DNA of 64,000 nucleotides. It comes from Dictyostelium discoideum. Taxonomy: Eukaryota. The position numbers and the translations under genes are program-made. How positions within the stretch are numbered: position 1 is the stretch's first letter; each line of letters begins with the position of its first letter. The notes beneath the pieces are model-generated. The model saw only the letters and a program-made list of their open reading frames with translations, had not been told where the DNA came from and did not search any database. Below, piece by piece: positions 52,455 through 64,000 of the stretch. The stretch covers positions 2,016,001 through 2,080,000 of the forward strand of contig CM000155.2 in assembly GCA_000004695.1 (NCBI GenBank). Reading direction: 5' to 3'.

Positions 52455-52834
52455 TTTTTTATTTTTATTTTTTTTTTTTTTGGTTTAAATGTTCATGGCC
52501 ATGATCAATATTTAATGTAATTCTTTTTATATAAATAAAAAATATGAAAATATCAAAAAAATTAAAAATTTAAAAATTTAAAAATATAAAAAAAAAAAAT
52601 GGAAAAAATCAAATTCGGCCCAAAACAAAAAATATATTTTTGATATTTTATATTCCAATTAAAAAAAAAAAAAAAAAAAAGGTATCATTTTATAAAAGAA
52701 ATTTCTTTCTTTCAATTAGATATTTTTGTTCTATATATTATTTTTTTTTTTATTTAGAAATTGCGTTCATAGGTGAATTTTCACAATTTTTTAATTTCAC
52801 CAAATATCATTTTCTAATTTTTTTTCTTTTCTTT

Positions 52835-52866
<32 letters not shown>

Positions 52867-53295
52867 TTTTTTTAATTGGATGGTAAAATGTTAACATCTT
52901 TTTTATTTTTTTTTTTTTTTCCACCAATTAGAATTGTTTACAAATTGAATAAAAAAACGTTCTCAATTGATCCCCATAAATTTAATAATGATGATGATTA
53001 ATTACAAAAAAAAAAAAAAAAAAAAGATCTTTTATTGTAACCAATAGAAATAAAAAAAATATTTTCAAAGTATTTTATTGATAAGGGGGTCTAAAAATAT
53101 CTCGAGCAAAAAAAAAAAAAAAAATAAAAAAAAATAAAAATAAAATTAGTTCGCCATCACAAAAAAAAAAAAAACAATAGTAAAAATTATTTTTTTAATT
53201 TTTTTTAATTTAATTTAATTTTTTTTTTACTCATCTTTTATTTGTAACATTATTTCCTTGTATTGTATTTTTAATTGATAAATTTGTAATTGTAA

Positions 53296-53326
<31 letters not shown>

Positions 53327-53433
53327 CAAAAAAAAAAAAAAAAAAAAAAAAAAAATAATCCTGCAATAAGAGGAAATAAAAATTTAATTTTAAGGAACAA
53401 AGAAAATAAACTTAAAAACCCAAGAAAAAAAAA

Positions 53434-53736
53434 ATGAATGAAGATGGAGAATCATCATGGATGAGCACATGGCAAGGTGAGGATGAAAGTTCAAAAGACG
53501 GAGCCGATGATACTTTTCCAGCATTAAGAGGAAATATTGGAGATTGGTCATCATTTATGATAGCCATGGATGATGAAGATGGAAAAGAACTTACAAAATC
53601 ATTATCATCAATTAATTTAAAATTAAATAAACAATCTGCTGGTAATACTAGTAGTAATAATTTTGGAGCAAATCATCCACTTTCATCAATCCAGTCATCA
53701 GCAAATACATCAACAACATCATTAACAAGTTCGCCA

Positions 53737-53774
<38 letters not shown>

Positions 53775-56331
53775 TAATAATATACCAAGTAAATTAAAAG
53801 GTTCAACTGGAATTTCTTCACCTTCACCTTCATCACCATCAACATCATATACAAATTTAAAGGGTAGTTCAGGAATTTCAACAGCTCCATCATCACCATC
53901 AACTTCGTCAACAAGTTTAAAATCATTTTTTGGTGGAAATTCAGGAGGAAATTCATTACAAAATTCACCATCGGCTTCATCAACAAATTTAAAGGGTAGT
54001 TCAGGTATTCAAAATCCAAATAAACCAATAATTGGTTCATCAAAACAAAAACATGTTCACCAACAATTTTCCAAAACCAATTTTTCCAATTTATCAGCTT
54101 CCATTCATTATGATGCAAATAATTCATCCTCTTCATCACCAACATCAGGTTCACCAATTACTCCACCAATTTCTTTATCAAATTCACCAAATCTTCAAAG
54201 TATTCCAAAAATGAATTTAAGTAATAATAACAATAATAATGGTTCATTTAGTTCATCACCAGGTAATTTAGCATCATCACCACCATTATCATCATCTAAA
54301 GAATCTGAAACATCATTTTTTAATTTATTTAATAGAAAGAAAAAAGAAAAAGAAAAATCATTTACTGGTGGTAATATTTCAGGTCATCAACAACAAAGTA
54401 CAATTAGTACTTTATCAATTGATATTCATGATGGTAGTTCAACAATGTCATCACATATGGAATTTTCATATTTGGAAGAACATGAAGATACAACATCACA
54501 TGCATCAGGTTTAGAAATGTCAATGAGTAGTGATAAAATTTATGAAGGTTGGATGGAAATGTATATTCAAAAGAAATGGAAAAAGAAATGGTGTGTACTT
54601 CGTGGCATTCATTTAGAATATTATAAAGGTTGGTGGGAAGATCAACAAGGTGCACAAGATAGTGAAGAATGCGGTAAAATTTTATTAAATTATTGGTATA
54701 CCTTTTCAAAACCAGTTTTAACCGATGCTAAATTCCATTTTCATATTACTCAAGGTTCAGAAGTTGAGAAAGCAACTGGACTTGGTAATGTTACAAAACT
54801 AAAATTTAGATTGGAAGAAGAACATATTGCAAAGAAATGGATTGATGAATGTGAGAGAGTAATTAAAAAGAGAAAAGAAACAACAGTAACACTAAGACCA
54901 TTGGCTGAACATAAATCTGGTGGTATTTTAGGTAATATAGGTAGAGGCAGAAGTAATACTGTTTCAATGCCATCATTTGAAGCGGTTCCAGAATCAAAAG
55001 GTCCAAAAGTTTGTATACCAAATGAATTGGTAGATTGTTTAGAACCCGATGAAAAGATACTTTTGGATAAAGTTAAACTTTTATTGGATGAATTTCCACC
55101 AAAACCATTACCACCTGGTGAAACACCATCATCTTATCGTGCAAAACCAAGATCAAGTGATGGATATTATCGTGTTTTATCATTGGATGGTGGCGGTTTA
55201 AGATCAGTTATGGTTTGTGTATTAATTGAACGTATAGCTAAACGTTATCCAAAGTTTTTAGAACATGTTGACGTTTTCACAGGTACATCAGCTGGTTCTA
55301 TCGTTGCTGCTGGTTTAGCATTTGAATTCCCACCAAAAGGTACACGTCGTGTTTTAGAATTGACCGCATTACCAGTATTTGGTAAGAAAAGACCAGGTTT
55401 CAATATGGGTAATGCAAAATATTTTGCACGTGTTTTACGTGCCTCTTGTTATGTTTTCTTCCAAGATAGAAAGTTTTATGAAGCACAAAGAAAACTTGTA
55501 GTACCAGCTTTTCAATTGGATAGTGCATGGCCACCCGAAGCTGCCCAATTACAACCAGAAGTTCGTAGATGGCAACCACGTGTTTTCCATAATATTGGTA
55601 AATGTGAGGGTTACCTTGAAACCGATGTAATTGGTGATGTGCTATTAAGATCAGCATCAGCACCAACTTATTTCCCATCTTATCAAGGTTATATCGACGG
55701 TGGTGTATTTGCAAATAATCCAGCGCTATCAGCAATTTCATTGGCAATGTCACCAAGTTTAGATCAAATTCCAGCGGATAAAATCATTTGTCTTTCAATT
55801 GGTACAGGTTCATCTTCACACTATATGGAAGGTGGCCAAGATTATGATTGGGGTCTTTTAAATTGGGCACCAAAATTGGGTAATCTTTTAATGGGTTCAC
55901 AAGTTGATTATCTCACTCAACTTTGTGAGAATATGTTGGGTCAAAGATTCCATCGTTTAAATCCTGAATTGGGTGAAAATACTTCAATGGATGATCCAAA
56001 ATTGGTTTCAGAATTAGCAACTCTTGCAAATACTATTGATCTAACTAAAACTTTTGAATTTGTTGAAAAATATTTCATTTTACCAGAAGATCTTGAACAA
56101 CCACCAACTTCACCAACATCAACCAATATTAACTCTACACCAAATTTAAATCTTGGTAATCTTAAACCAGACTTAAATGATACAACTTTATCACCAAGAA
56201 CTCTATATGTAAATAATAGTACAGGTAGTTCAGAATCACCACGTAATATAACACCACGTAATATAACACCACGTAATATTTCACCAAGAAATAACGATAT
56301 TGATTCTTCAATACCATTAACTCCAAGATAA
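53434..56331 (+). CDS. Patatin-like phospholipase (iPLA2-type) with an N-terminal PH domain, 965 aa, single exon
   Basis: An ~330-aa Ser/Asn-rich region is followed by a PH-like domain (YEGWMEMYIQKKWKKKWCVLRGIHLEYYKG). The patatin domain has the oxyanion motif LSLDGGGLRSV, the nucleophile FTGTSAGSIVAAGLA and the catalytic Asp in YIDGGVFANNPAL. The C-terminus carries (PRNIT)3 repeats. Confidence 0.85.
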
Positions 56332-56500
56332 AAAAAAAAAAAAAAAAAAAAAAAACATATATATATATAAATATATAACAATATATATATATATAATAAT
56401 ATAATATAATATAATATAAAATAAAATAAAAAAATAAAATAAAAGAATATATAATTTAATCATATAATAAAATATAAAAAAAAAAAAAAAAAGTTTATTT

Positions 56501-57696
56501 TTATTTATTTAACATTTTTTCTATTGTCATTTTACTTGAGCAATATGGACATGGGCCATTAATAGAACTTGAACCAATTACAGTTGTGGGTAATGAAAAT
56601 AACCATTCACTAATACAATGATAATGAAATTGTTTACTACATTTTAAATTATTACAAGTTACATTTGGTAATGAAGTCATTGATTTTATATTATTTTCAT
56701 TATCAAGTTTGTTATTATTATTATTATTATTGTTATTATCATTATTATTATCATTGTCATTATTATTATTATTATTATTATTTGTTTCTTGTTGTAAATT
56801 TTGTGGTAAATGATGAGTATAACAAATACTACATTGAATTATAATTTCTTCAATTAATGTATTATCCATTGATTTCAAAGGAAATGATAGTTCTAACATT
56901 TTTTGAAAATTATCAATTGGTGAAGATCTTTCAAACCATTGTTGAGCACTATATTTTTTATTCCAAAGTTGATGTAATGGTTGGGTTTTTGATGATGGAC
57001 CAATGAAATCAACTTTATAGGGTGCAATTCTTGGTTGATTTGGGTTAACTTCGAAACAAATAGAACAACCGTTACCAATTGCAATTCTACGAAATATTGA
57101 TGATCTTCTTGGATTAATTGGTTCTAATACCCATGATTCACTATCAATTTCTTCCATAAAATTAAAGAATTCTTGATATTCATAATCTATCATAATTTGT
57201 ATCTTTTTTAAAATATTTGAAATTGATATTGAATTATTATTATTATTATTATTATTGTTTTCAAAATTATTATTATTATTTTTATTATTATTATAAAATG
57301 AATTATCATTTGTTGAAGTATTAATTGATCTTAATTTTGTAATAAATTCTGTTGAATTTAGTGGTAAATCACATTTTACGAATGGGAATTGAGTTGGATA
57401 ACCTATTGGTATACTAAATTCAACAATGAATTCACGTTCTTTAATATCTAATAGCATAATTTCAAATGATGATAATGATTTATCAATGTTTATAACTTTA
57501 TTCCAACCAATTTCATCAATTTCATTTGAAATTAAACTAAATGTATCAAATGGTAATGTAATTATTTTATTTGAAGTTGTCAATGTTGATGTACCTGTAT
57601 TTATTGTAATTCTATCTAAAATATCTTTTAATTCAAAAAAGAATTGTTGTATATTTTTACATTGAATAAATCTCTTTAATATGTTAAATTGAGGAG

Positions 57697-57728
<32 letters not shown>

Positions 57729-58022
57729 TTATTATTTTTATTTTAATATTAATATTAAATTTTAAATAATGATAAAAACATTTTTAATAACTTGAACATG
57801 AGGTAATAATATATCATAAAGTTCTTTTGTACAATTAAATTCTAAATCTTCAATGTATAAAGTTGAAGTTGTTTCACTATTTATGCTATTACCACAACCA
57901 TTTGATAGTTTAATTTCGATTGGGTATTGTTTACCTAACACTTGTATAAAGCCTGAATATTCACTCTGTTGTTTGTTGGTTGGTATTAAAAGTGGAAATA
58001 AAGGTTCTTCATTTAAATTCAT
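56501..58022 (-). CDS. fncL: Fanconi anaemia group L E3 ubiquitin ligase (FANCL) homolog (~467 aa), 2 exons
   Basis: Exons ~58022..57792 (donor GTTATT) and 57673..56501. The ELF domain EPLFPLLIPTNKQQSEYSGFIQVLGKQYPIEI matches human CPLLLPQNRSKTVYEGFISAQGRDFHLRI. The middle FFFELKDILD..IDEIGWNKV matches FMMELKMLLE..IEEIGTLGWDKL. The C-terminal PHD/RING-like CSICYTHHL..CNNLKCSKQFHYHCISEWLFSL..GPCPYCSSKM matches CGICYAYQL..CDNSQCGQPFHQICLYEWLRGL..GECPYCSKPI. Internal poly-N/D runs lengthen the protein. Confidence 0.85.
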
Positions 58023-58700
58023 GTGTCCTATCTGTTTTTTAAATATATATAAAATGTTTATGAAGAAGAAAAAAAAATTAAAAAAAAATTTTTTTCTTTT
58101 TATTTTTTTTTAATTTTTTATTCTTTTTATTTTTTTTTTTTCAATTGAATTTCCCAAAAAAAAACAAATATAGAAAAAAAATAAAAAAATAAAAAAAATT
58201 GATTTTGGTTGAATTCTTTTTATTTTATATTTTTATTTTTTTTTTTATTTGAATGTTCTTATCTAGATTATTTTTAAAAAAAAATAGAATCAATTTCAGG
58301 AAATTAAAAAAAAAAAATAAAAAGTTTTAAAACCACACTTTATAAATTTAAATATCTGGGTAATATAATCTGGGAAAAAAAAAATTAAAAAAAAAAAAAA
58401 AAAATTAAAATAAAAAAAAAAATAAAAAAAAAAAAATAAAAAAAATTTTAATTCGAGAAAAAAAAAAGGTTATCGACATTAAATTACCCATTTGTTTTTT
58501 TTTTTTTTTTTTTTAAATACACATATTGTAACATAGTTTAACACCATTTCATAGTGTGGGGGTGTTTTAATTTTAATTTATTATTATAATTTCTTTTATT
58601 ATCTAAGATAATAATATATTTATATATAAAAAAAAAAAAAAGTATTCTCAAAAAAACACTTTTTTTCATTATTTTTTTTTTTTTTTACCAGGTTTTTCAA

Positions 58701-58741
<41 letters not shown>

Positions 58742-59199
58742 ATGATGAAACATAAAGGAAAAGATGTTTTAAAAGTTAAAGTTGAAATATTAGTTAAAAA
58801 AGTAGGCAATTTAAAAGAATTAAATGGTGGATCAGTTTTTGTTTATTGGAGAAGAGGTACATCTAAACAATCAGGTGAAACACATCATATGATAGTTAGA
58901 AATGGTGAAGCCATTTTTGAAGAGAAAATTTCATTTGAGAGTAAATTCTTTATAGATGCTAAATCTCAAAAACCTGATGAAAAGAAATTATCACTTCAAT
59001 TAAAAGAAGAGAAAAAGAAATCACAAGGTAAAGTTTTAGGTAAAATAGAATTGGATTTAACATCATACATGAATTCAAAACATAATCAACCAATAACTTT
59101 ATCATTTACAAAAGGTTTAAAACCTGAACCACAAATATTTGTATGTATTAAATTCTTATATATATAAATATATATATAATATAATTTATGTATATTAAT

Positions 59200-59230
<31 letters not shown>

Positions 59231-61686
59231 CTTCATTATAATAATAATAATAATAATAATAATAAAAGTGTTCATTTAATACTATACCATTAAAACATAA
59301 TAATAAACCATTAATTAAAGTAGGTGGTAAAGATGCATCAAAAGATCCAAGAATAGTTAGAACATTTGGTGGTGAAGATTACTTTTTAGATAAAACTGAT
59401 GATGAATTATCAGATACAACTGTTGATACTTCTATGGCAAATGATATTGTAAGTTTTCTTTTTTCTTTTTTTATTTTTTATTATATATTAATATTTTATT
59501 TATTTATTTATTTATTTTTATTTATTTTAGACATCAAATGATTACTCAGATGAAGATATAAATGATGATTTAGGAGAAAGTAAAAAAGATTTAAAGAATG
59601 AAATTGATAGATTATATAAAGAGATTGAAGGTATAGAGAGTGAAAGCTATGAAAGATTACAAACTATCAAAGAGAAAGAAAAAGATATAGAATCATTAAA
59701 AAAACAAATTAAAATTTTATCTGAAGATAATCTTGAAAAAGATATAAAAATTGAAAATCTTTTATTAGAAAAAGATAATTTAATTGAACAACAAGTTAAT
59801 GAAGTTGCAAGATGTTAGTAAAATAAATTATAAATTATAAATAATAATAATAAATAATAATATATAATAATAATTATTATTAATATATATATATATTTTT
59901 TTTAATAGATTCTTCTGATCCAACATCAGAAGTTGAAATATTAAGACAAGAAAAGATGGAAAAGATAGCGATAATTACAGCACAGGAGAAAGAGATATCA
60001 AAATTAAAGAAGCAAATTAAACAAACTGCATTATCTAATACAGAATTTTCAAGTACGTCAGGTGCAGATTTAAGAACTAAATATCAAGCATTGCAACAAG
60101 AGAATGAGCAACAAGAAAAGTTGATATCACAATTGGAAAAGGAGAAACAGGATTTAATAGAAAAACAACAACAGCAACAGCAACAACAACAGCAGTTATA
60201 TTCATCAGCATCATCTTTATCGAATATTGGTGGAAATGCAGGATCGTTAAATAACGGTAAAAAGATACAAAGTCCAGAGATTGTGCAAACTAAATCGAAT
60301 AATACATCAGGATCAATTGAAGAATTGAGAAAACAATCAGCAGCTTATAAACAAGAGTTGGATGAAAAGGCATTAGTTGAAAGAAGTATATTTTTAGGTG
60401 AAGTGCAATTCAGAGGGAATTTACCAGTTAGTGGTATTAATTTATTCGATGGTTTGATCGCATTGGGTGTATTGAAAGATTATAAAATTGGTGTCAGAGT
60501 TTTCTCAAGTATTAATATCGCATTTGAACATACTTTTAAAAAGTCATCATCAGATTCTTCATTATTGGCTTACTGGTTATCAACTTCATGTTTATTATTA
60601 GCAAAAATTAAAAATAAAATGGAATTAGATCAACCACTTGCCAATGGTGGTGGTGGTGGTGGTGGTGGTAATTCCAGTCCACAATATGACCAAAATGGTC
60701 AATTATCACCAATTTCAAGTTTTGAATATAATTTAAAAACAATTATCTTTAAATTTTATTCAAAATTAGTTCAAAATGCTTATAATAAATTATCACCAGT
60801 TTTGGTTAAAAGTATTTTACAACATGATATTCTAGCATTTAATAGTGGTAAAATTTCAAGGAGAAAATCAACACCTGATATTAATTTAAACAATATTAAT
60901 TCAAATAATAATAGTAATGATGGTGCTGGTGGTATTGGTGTTGGTGGTGTTATTACAACATCTGGTAGTATACCATCTTCACCTCAACTTCATTCTCATA
61001 ATAATAATAGTAATAATAATAATAATAATAAAAATAATAATAATAATAATTTTAATAGTAATTTAACAAGTAATACAACATTAGATATTTTACAAGAATT
61101 CTTTGAAATATTAAGACAAAATTATGTTCATCCAAGTTTAATTGGTCAATTTTATTCACAATTATTTTATTATATAAATGCATGGTTATTAAATTCATTG
61201 AATAATATTAGAGGATTGTGTTCGGTGGTTAATGGTTTCCAAATGAAGATTGAGTTATCAAAGATTCAAGATTGGGTTTCAATTAGTCATTTAGATGAAT
61301 CAATTAATCAATTGGAACCAATGATTGAAACTGCTAATCTATTGGTAATGGATAAAGAGTTGTTATCGGATGAGGAAGTACTTCACCAAGTTTGTCCATC
61401 AGTTTCAATGTATCAAATTAAACATTTACTACAATCTTTTCAAACTGATCAAATCAATAGTGAAGAAATACCTGATTCTGTTTTTCATTCAATTGATAGA
61501 CTAATTCATATTAGAAATGAACCATTACATGCTGATATCAATTTAGATATCTCTTTTATGCATCAATTATCTTTAGATTTCTTAACAAAAGATCCCCAAT
61601 ATGGTAGAGAAAGAAAAGATAATACAACTACTACTTTTAATATAAATTCTTATAATACTGGTAGTAGTACTTTTAAAAGATTTTAA
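58742..61686 (+). CDS. Protein with an N-terminal C2 NT-type (NT-C2/EEIG1-like) domain, a central coiled coil and a C-terminal DIL (dilute) domain, 4 exons
   Basis: Exons ~58742..59140 (donor GTATGT), 59269..59448 (donor GTAAGT), 59531..59813 (donor GTTAGT, phase 1) and 59909..61686. The NT-C2-like start is KVKVEILVKKVGNLKELNGGSVFVYWRRGTS..HHMIVRNGEAIFEEKISF. The coiled coil is heptad-rich and includes a Q11 run. The DIL domain reads IGQFYSQLFYYINAWLLNSLNNIRGLCSVVNGFQMKIELSKIQDWV..LEPMIETANLLVMDKE. Confidence 0.7.
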
Positions 61687-62009
61687 AATATAATAAAAAA
61701 AAAATAAAATAAAAATAAAAAAAAAAAAGAGATTTTTAAAAAAAAAAAACGTTGAAAATACTTTTTTGAATTTTTTTTTTTTTTTTCTATTTTTTTTCTA
61801 AACACAAAGATATTTAAATTTATTCTCTGAATTTTTTTCATTTTTTTTTTTTTTTTTTTTTTTTTTATTAAAAAAAAACTTTTTTTTTTTTTTATTTTTA
61901 TTATTAATTAAAACTCTTTATATTTTTAAAAAAACATAATATATTATTTATTTATTTATTTTTTTATTTTTTTATAAATATATTATATATATATATATAT
62001 AAATTTAAA

Positions 62010-64000
62010 ATGATAAAAAATTTAATTTCAGCATTTTCACAAGGTGTTGGAATTCAAAAAAAGGAATTACCATCAACAATAATTTTAAATAAAGATGATT
62101 ATAAAGAAGCCAATTATTATAATTATTATAGAAATTTAGAATTAAATAAACCAGATGAAGTATTAGCAAGAAGAATTGCAGGTTTAGCACCAATTGCATA
62201 TCAATATTATAATGTTTCAAGTTTTGATAATAATCAATTTAAAATTGTAGATTTTTCAATTGATTCAAAATTGAATGATACATGTTTAACATGTGTTTGG
62301 ACACAAACCTATAAGAATGAATCAAAAACACCGGTTGAAGCAGTTTATAGAATTCCATTATCACCATTATCAACGGTATCAGCATTTTCAGTACAATTCA
62401 ATGGTAAAACATTACATGGTAAAATAAAAGATTCAACCAAGGCACAAGAGAAATACGATGATGCAATTGCAAGTGGTGGTCAAGCATTCCTTGCAGAGAA
62501 ATCAAAAGATGATGATAACTATTTCAATTTTAAATTAGGTAATATACCACCAACTGAATCATCAATTACAATTCATATCACTATGATCTCTGAAATTGGT
62601 AGTCATTTAAATTCATTACATTATCTATTACATCGTTACTGTTTTCCACAATCGTCAAATTATAATTTTTCATTATCATTATCAGTGAATTTAAGTAATT
62701 CAATTAAATCAATTTTTTTTGATGGTGATAAATCACATTCACTTCAATATGAAAATAAAGAGAAAACAAAATGTATAATTCAATATAAAAAATCACTTGG
62801 TTTTAATACTCAACCAAATATTCTAATTGTATTTGAATTGGATGATTTAAATAAACCACAATCATTTATTGAAAAATTATCAATTAATAAAGAAGATATT
62901 AAAAACAATCCACATTCAGATTCAGATTCAGATTCAGATGATGAAGAAAATAAAAAAGAAAATGAAAAATCATCATATGCAATTGCATTAAATTTTTTCC
63001 CAAAATTTGAATCAATTAATAAAGAAGATATTTATCAAAAAGGTGAATTTATATTTTTAATTGATTGTTCTGGTAGTATGAGTGGTAATCCAATTGATTC
63101 AGCAAGAAGAGCATTGGAAATTATTATTAGAAGTTTAAATGAACAATGTAAATTTAATATTTATTGTTTTGGTTCAGGTTTTAATAAAGCTTTTCAAGAG
63201 GGATCTAGAAAGTATGATGATGATTCTTTGGCCGTGGTTAATAGATATGTTTCAAATATTAGTGCAAATTTAGGTGGAACTGAATTATTACAACCAATTA
63301 AAGATATCTTATCAAAAGAGATTGATCCAGAATATCCAAGACAAATTTTCATTCTTACTGATGGTGCTGTCTCTGATAGATCAAAATTAATTGAATTTGT
63401 TTCAAAAGAATCAAAAACAACTCGTATCTTTACCTATGGTATTGGTAGTAGTGTAGATGTTGAATTGGTAGTTGGTTTAAGTAAAGCTTGTAAAGGTTAT
63501 TATACACTAATTAGAAATAGTTCAGATATGGAAACTGAAGTAATGAAATTATTATCTATCGCTTTTGAACCAACACTTTCAAATGTATCTTTTGATTGGA
63601 GTCAATTATTAGATCTAAGCAATGGTAAAAGTACAACTATAATTCAATCACCTACTCAAATTAGACCAATTTTTAATAATGAAAGAATGATGGTTTATGC
63701 TACTATTGAACTCGATAATGATATTTCTAATAACATTGAAAATCATGGTCAACCAGTAATTGTAACAATGAATGCTGATGGTCCATTAGGTGATAGATTA
63801 TCTTATCATGTCGAATTGGATTTTAAAAATTATTCACAATCTAATAGTATTCATACATTGGCTGCTTTTAAAAGAATTCAAGATTTAGAAGAAATTGAAA
63901 GAAAATCTTCAAAAGAAACTGAAAAACTTGAAATCATCAAATTGGGTAAGAAATATAATTTGGTTTCAAAACATACATCTTTAGTTGTAACTTCAGATTC
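62010..64000 (+). CDS. VIT-domain plus von Willebrand factor A-domain protein (3'-partial; runs off the end of the window)
   Basis: ATG at ~62010 and open to 64000 with no intron apparent. The VIT domain reads PVEAVYRIPLSPLSTVSAFSVQFNGKTLHGKIKDSTKAQEKYDDAIASGGQAFLAE. The VWA domain has the MIDAS motif FIFLIDCSGSMSG and ..RQIFILTDGAVSD..RIFTYGIGSSVD. Confidence 0.75.
   Translation, partial: MIKNLISAFSQGVGIQKKELPSTIILNKDDYKEANYYNYYRNLELNKPDEVLARRIAGLAPIAYQYYNVSSFDNNQFKIVDFSIDSKLNDTCLTCVWTQTYKNESKTPVEAVYRIPLSPLSTVSAFSVQFNGKTLHGKIKDSTKAQEKYDDAIASGGQAFLAEKSKDDDNYFNFKLGNIPPTESSITIHITMISEIGSHLNSLHYLLHRYCFPQSSNYNFSLSLSVNLSNSIKSIFFDGDKSHSLQYENKEKTKCIIQYKKSLGFNTQPNILIVFELDDLNKPQSFIEKLSINKEDIKNNPHSDSDSDSDDEENKKENEKSSYAIALNFFPKFESINKEDIYQKGEFIFLIDCSGSMSGNPIDSARRALEIIIRSLNEQCKFNIYCFGSGFNKAFQEGSRKYDDDSLAVVNRYVSNISANLGGTELLQPIKDILSKEIDPEYPRQIFILTDGAVSDRSKLIEFVSKESKTTRIFTYGIGSSVDVELVVGLSKACKGYYTLIRNSSDMETEVMKLLSIAFEPTLSNVSFDWSQLLDLSNGKSTTIIQSPTQIRPIFNNERMMVYATIELDNDISNNIENHGQPVIVTMNADGPLGDRLSYHVELDFKNYSQSNSIHTLAAFKRIQDLEEIERKSSKETEKLEIIKLGKKYNLVSKHTSLVVTSD

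Overview
This window reads as nuclear genomic DNA from a Dictyostelium-type social amoeba. It is very A+T-rich, with long poly(A)/(T) tracts and (AAT)n microsatellites, short GT-AG introns of roughly 75-170 nt, and proteins carrying poly-Asn/Gln runs. It is gene-dense: I can support about 27 protein-coding genes on both strands, most recognisable by homology, plus one pseudogene fragment. The recognisable genes are CTNNBL1, a RanBP9/GID-type SPRY-LisH-CTLH protein, a three-repeat Myb protein, COG6, RAD50, PEX6, JMJD7, a secreted Ntn-hydrolase, an NSRP1-like protein, two convergent cytochrome P450 paralogs, cullin-4, DNA ligase IV, MOB1, delta-type PLC, a 2-phosphoglycerate-kinase-like P-loop protein, phosphatidylserine decarboxylase, a PH-domain patatin phospholipase, FANCL, an NT-C2/DIL protein and a VIT-VWA protein. 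No tRNA, rRNA, CRISPR array or recognisable transposon was found. The most unusual items are: (1) an NSRP1-like gene broken by an in-frame TAA with about 94 further in-frame codons; (2) a decayed N-terminal HACL1-like TPP-enzyme fragment flanked by 20-bp direct repeats in a divergent promoter; (3) one P450 paralog whose anchor-encoding first exon has no usable splice donor, leaving an ATG-only exon or a 5'-defective gene; (4) a GC-containing inverted-repeat element and G-box/CA-rich promoter-type islands in intergenic DNA; and (5) three to four genome-maintenance genes (rad50, lig4, fancL, cul4) within 45 kb. All coordinates were derived by hand from the sequence and may be off by 1-3 nt. Gene symbols come from homology and memory, not from a database search.
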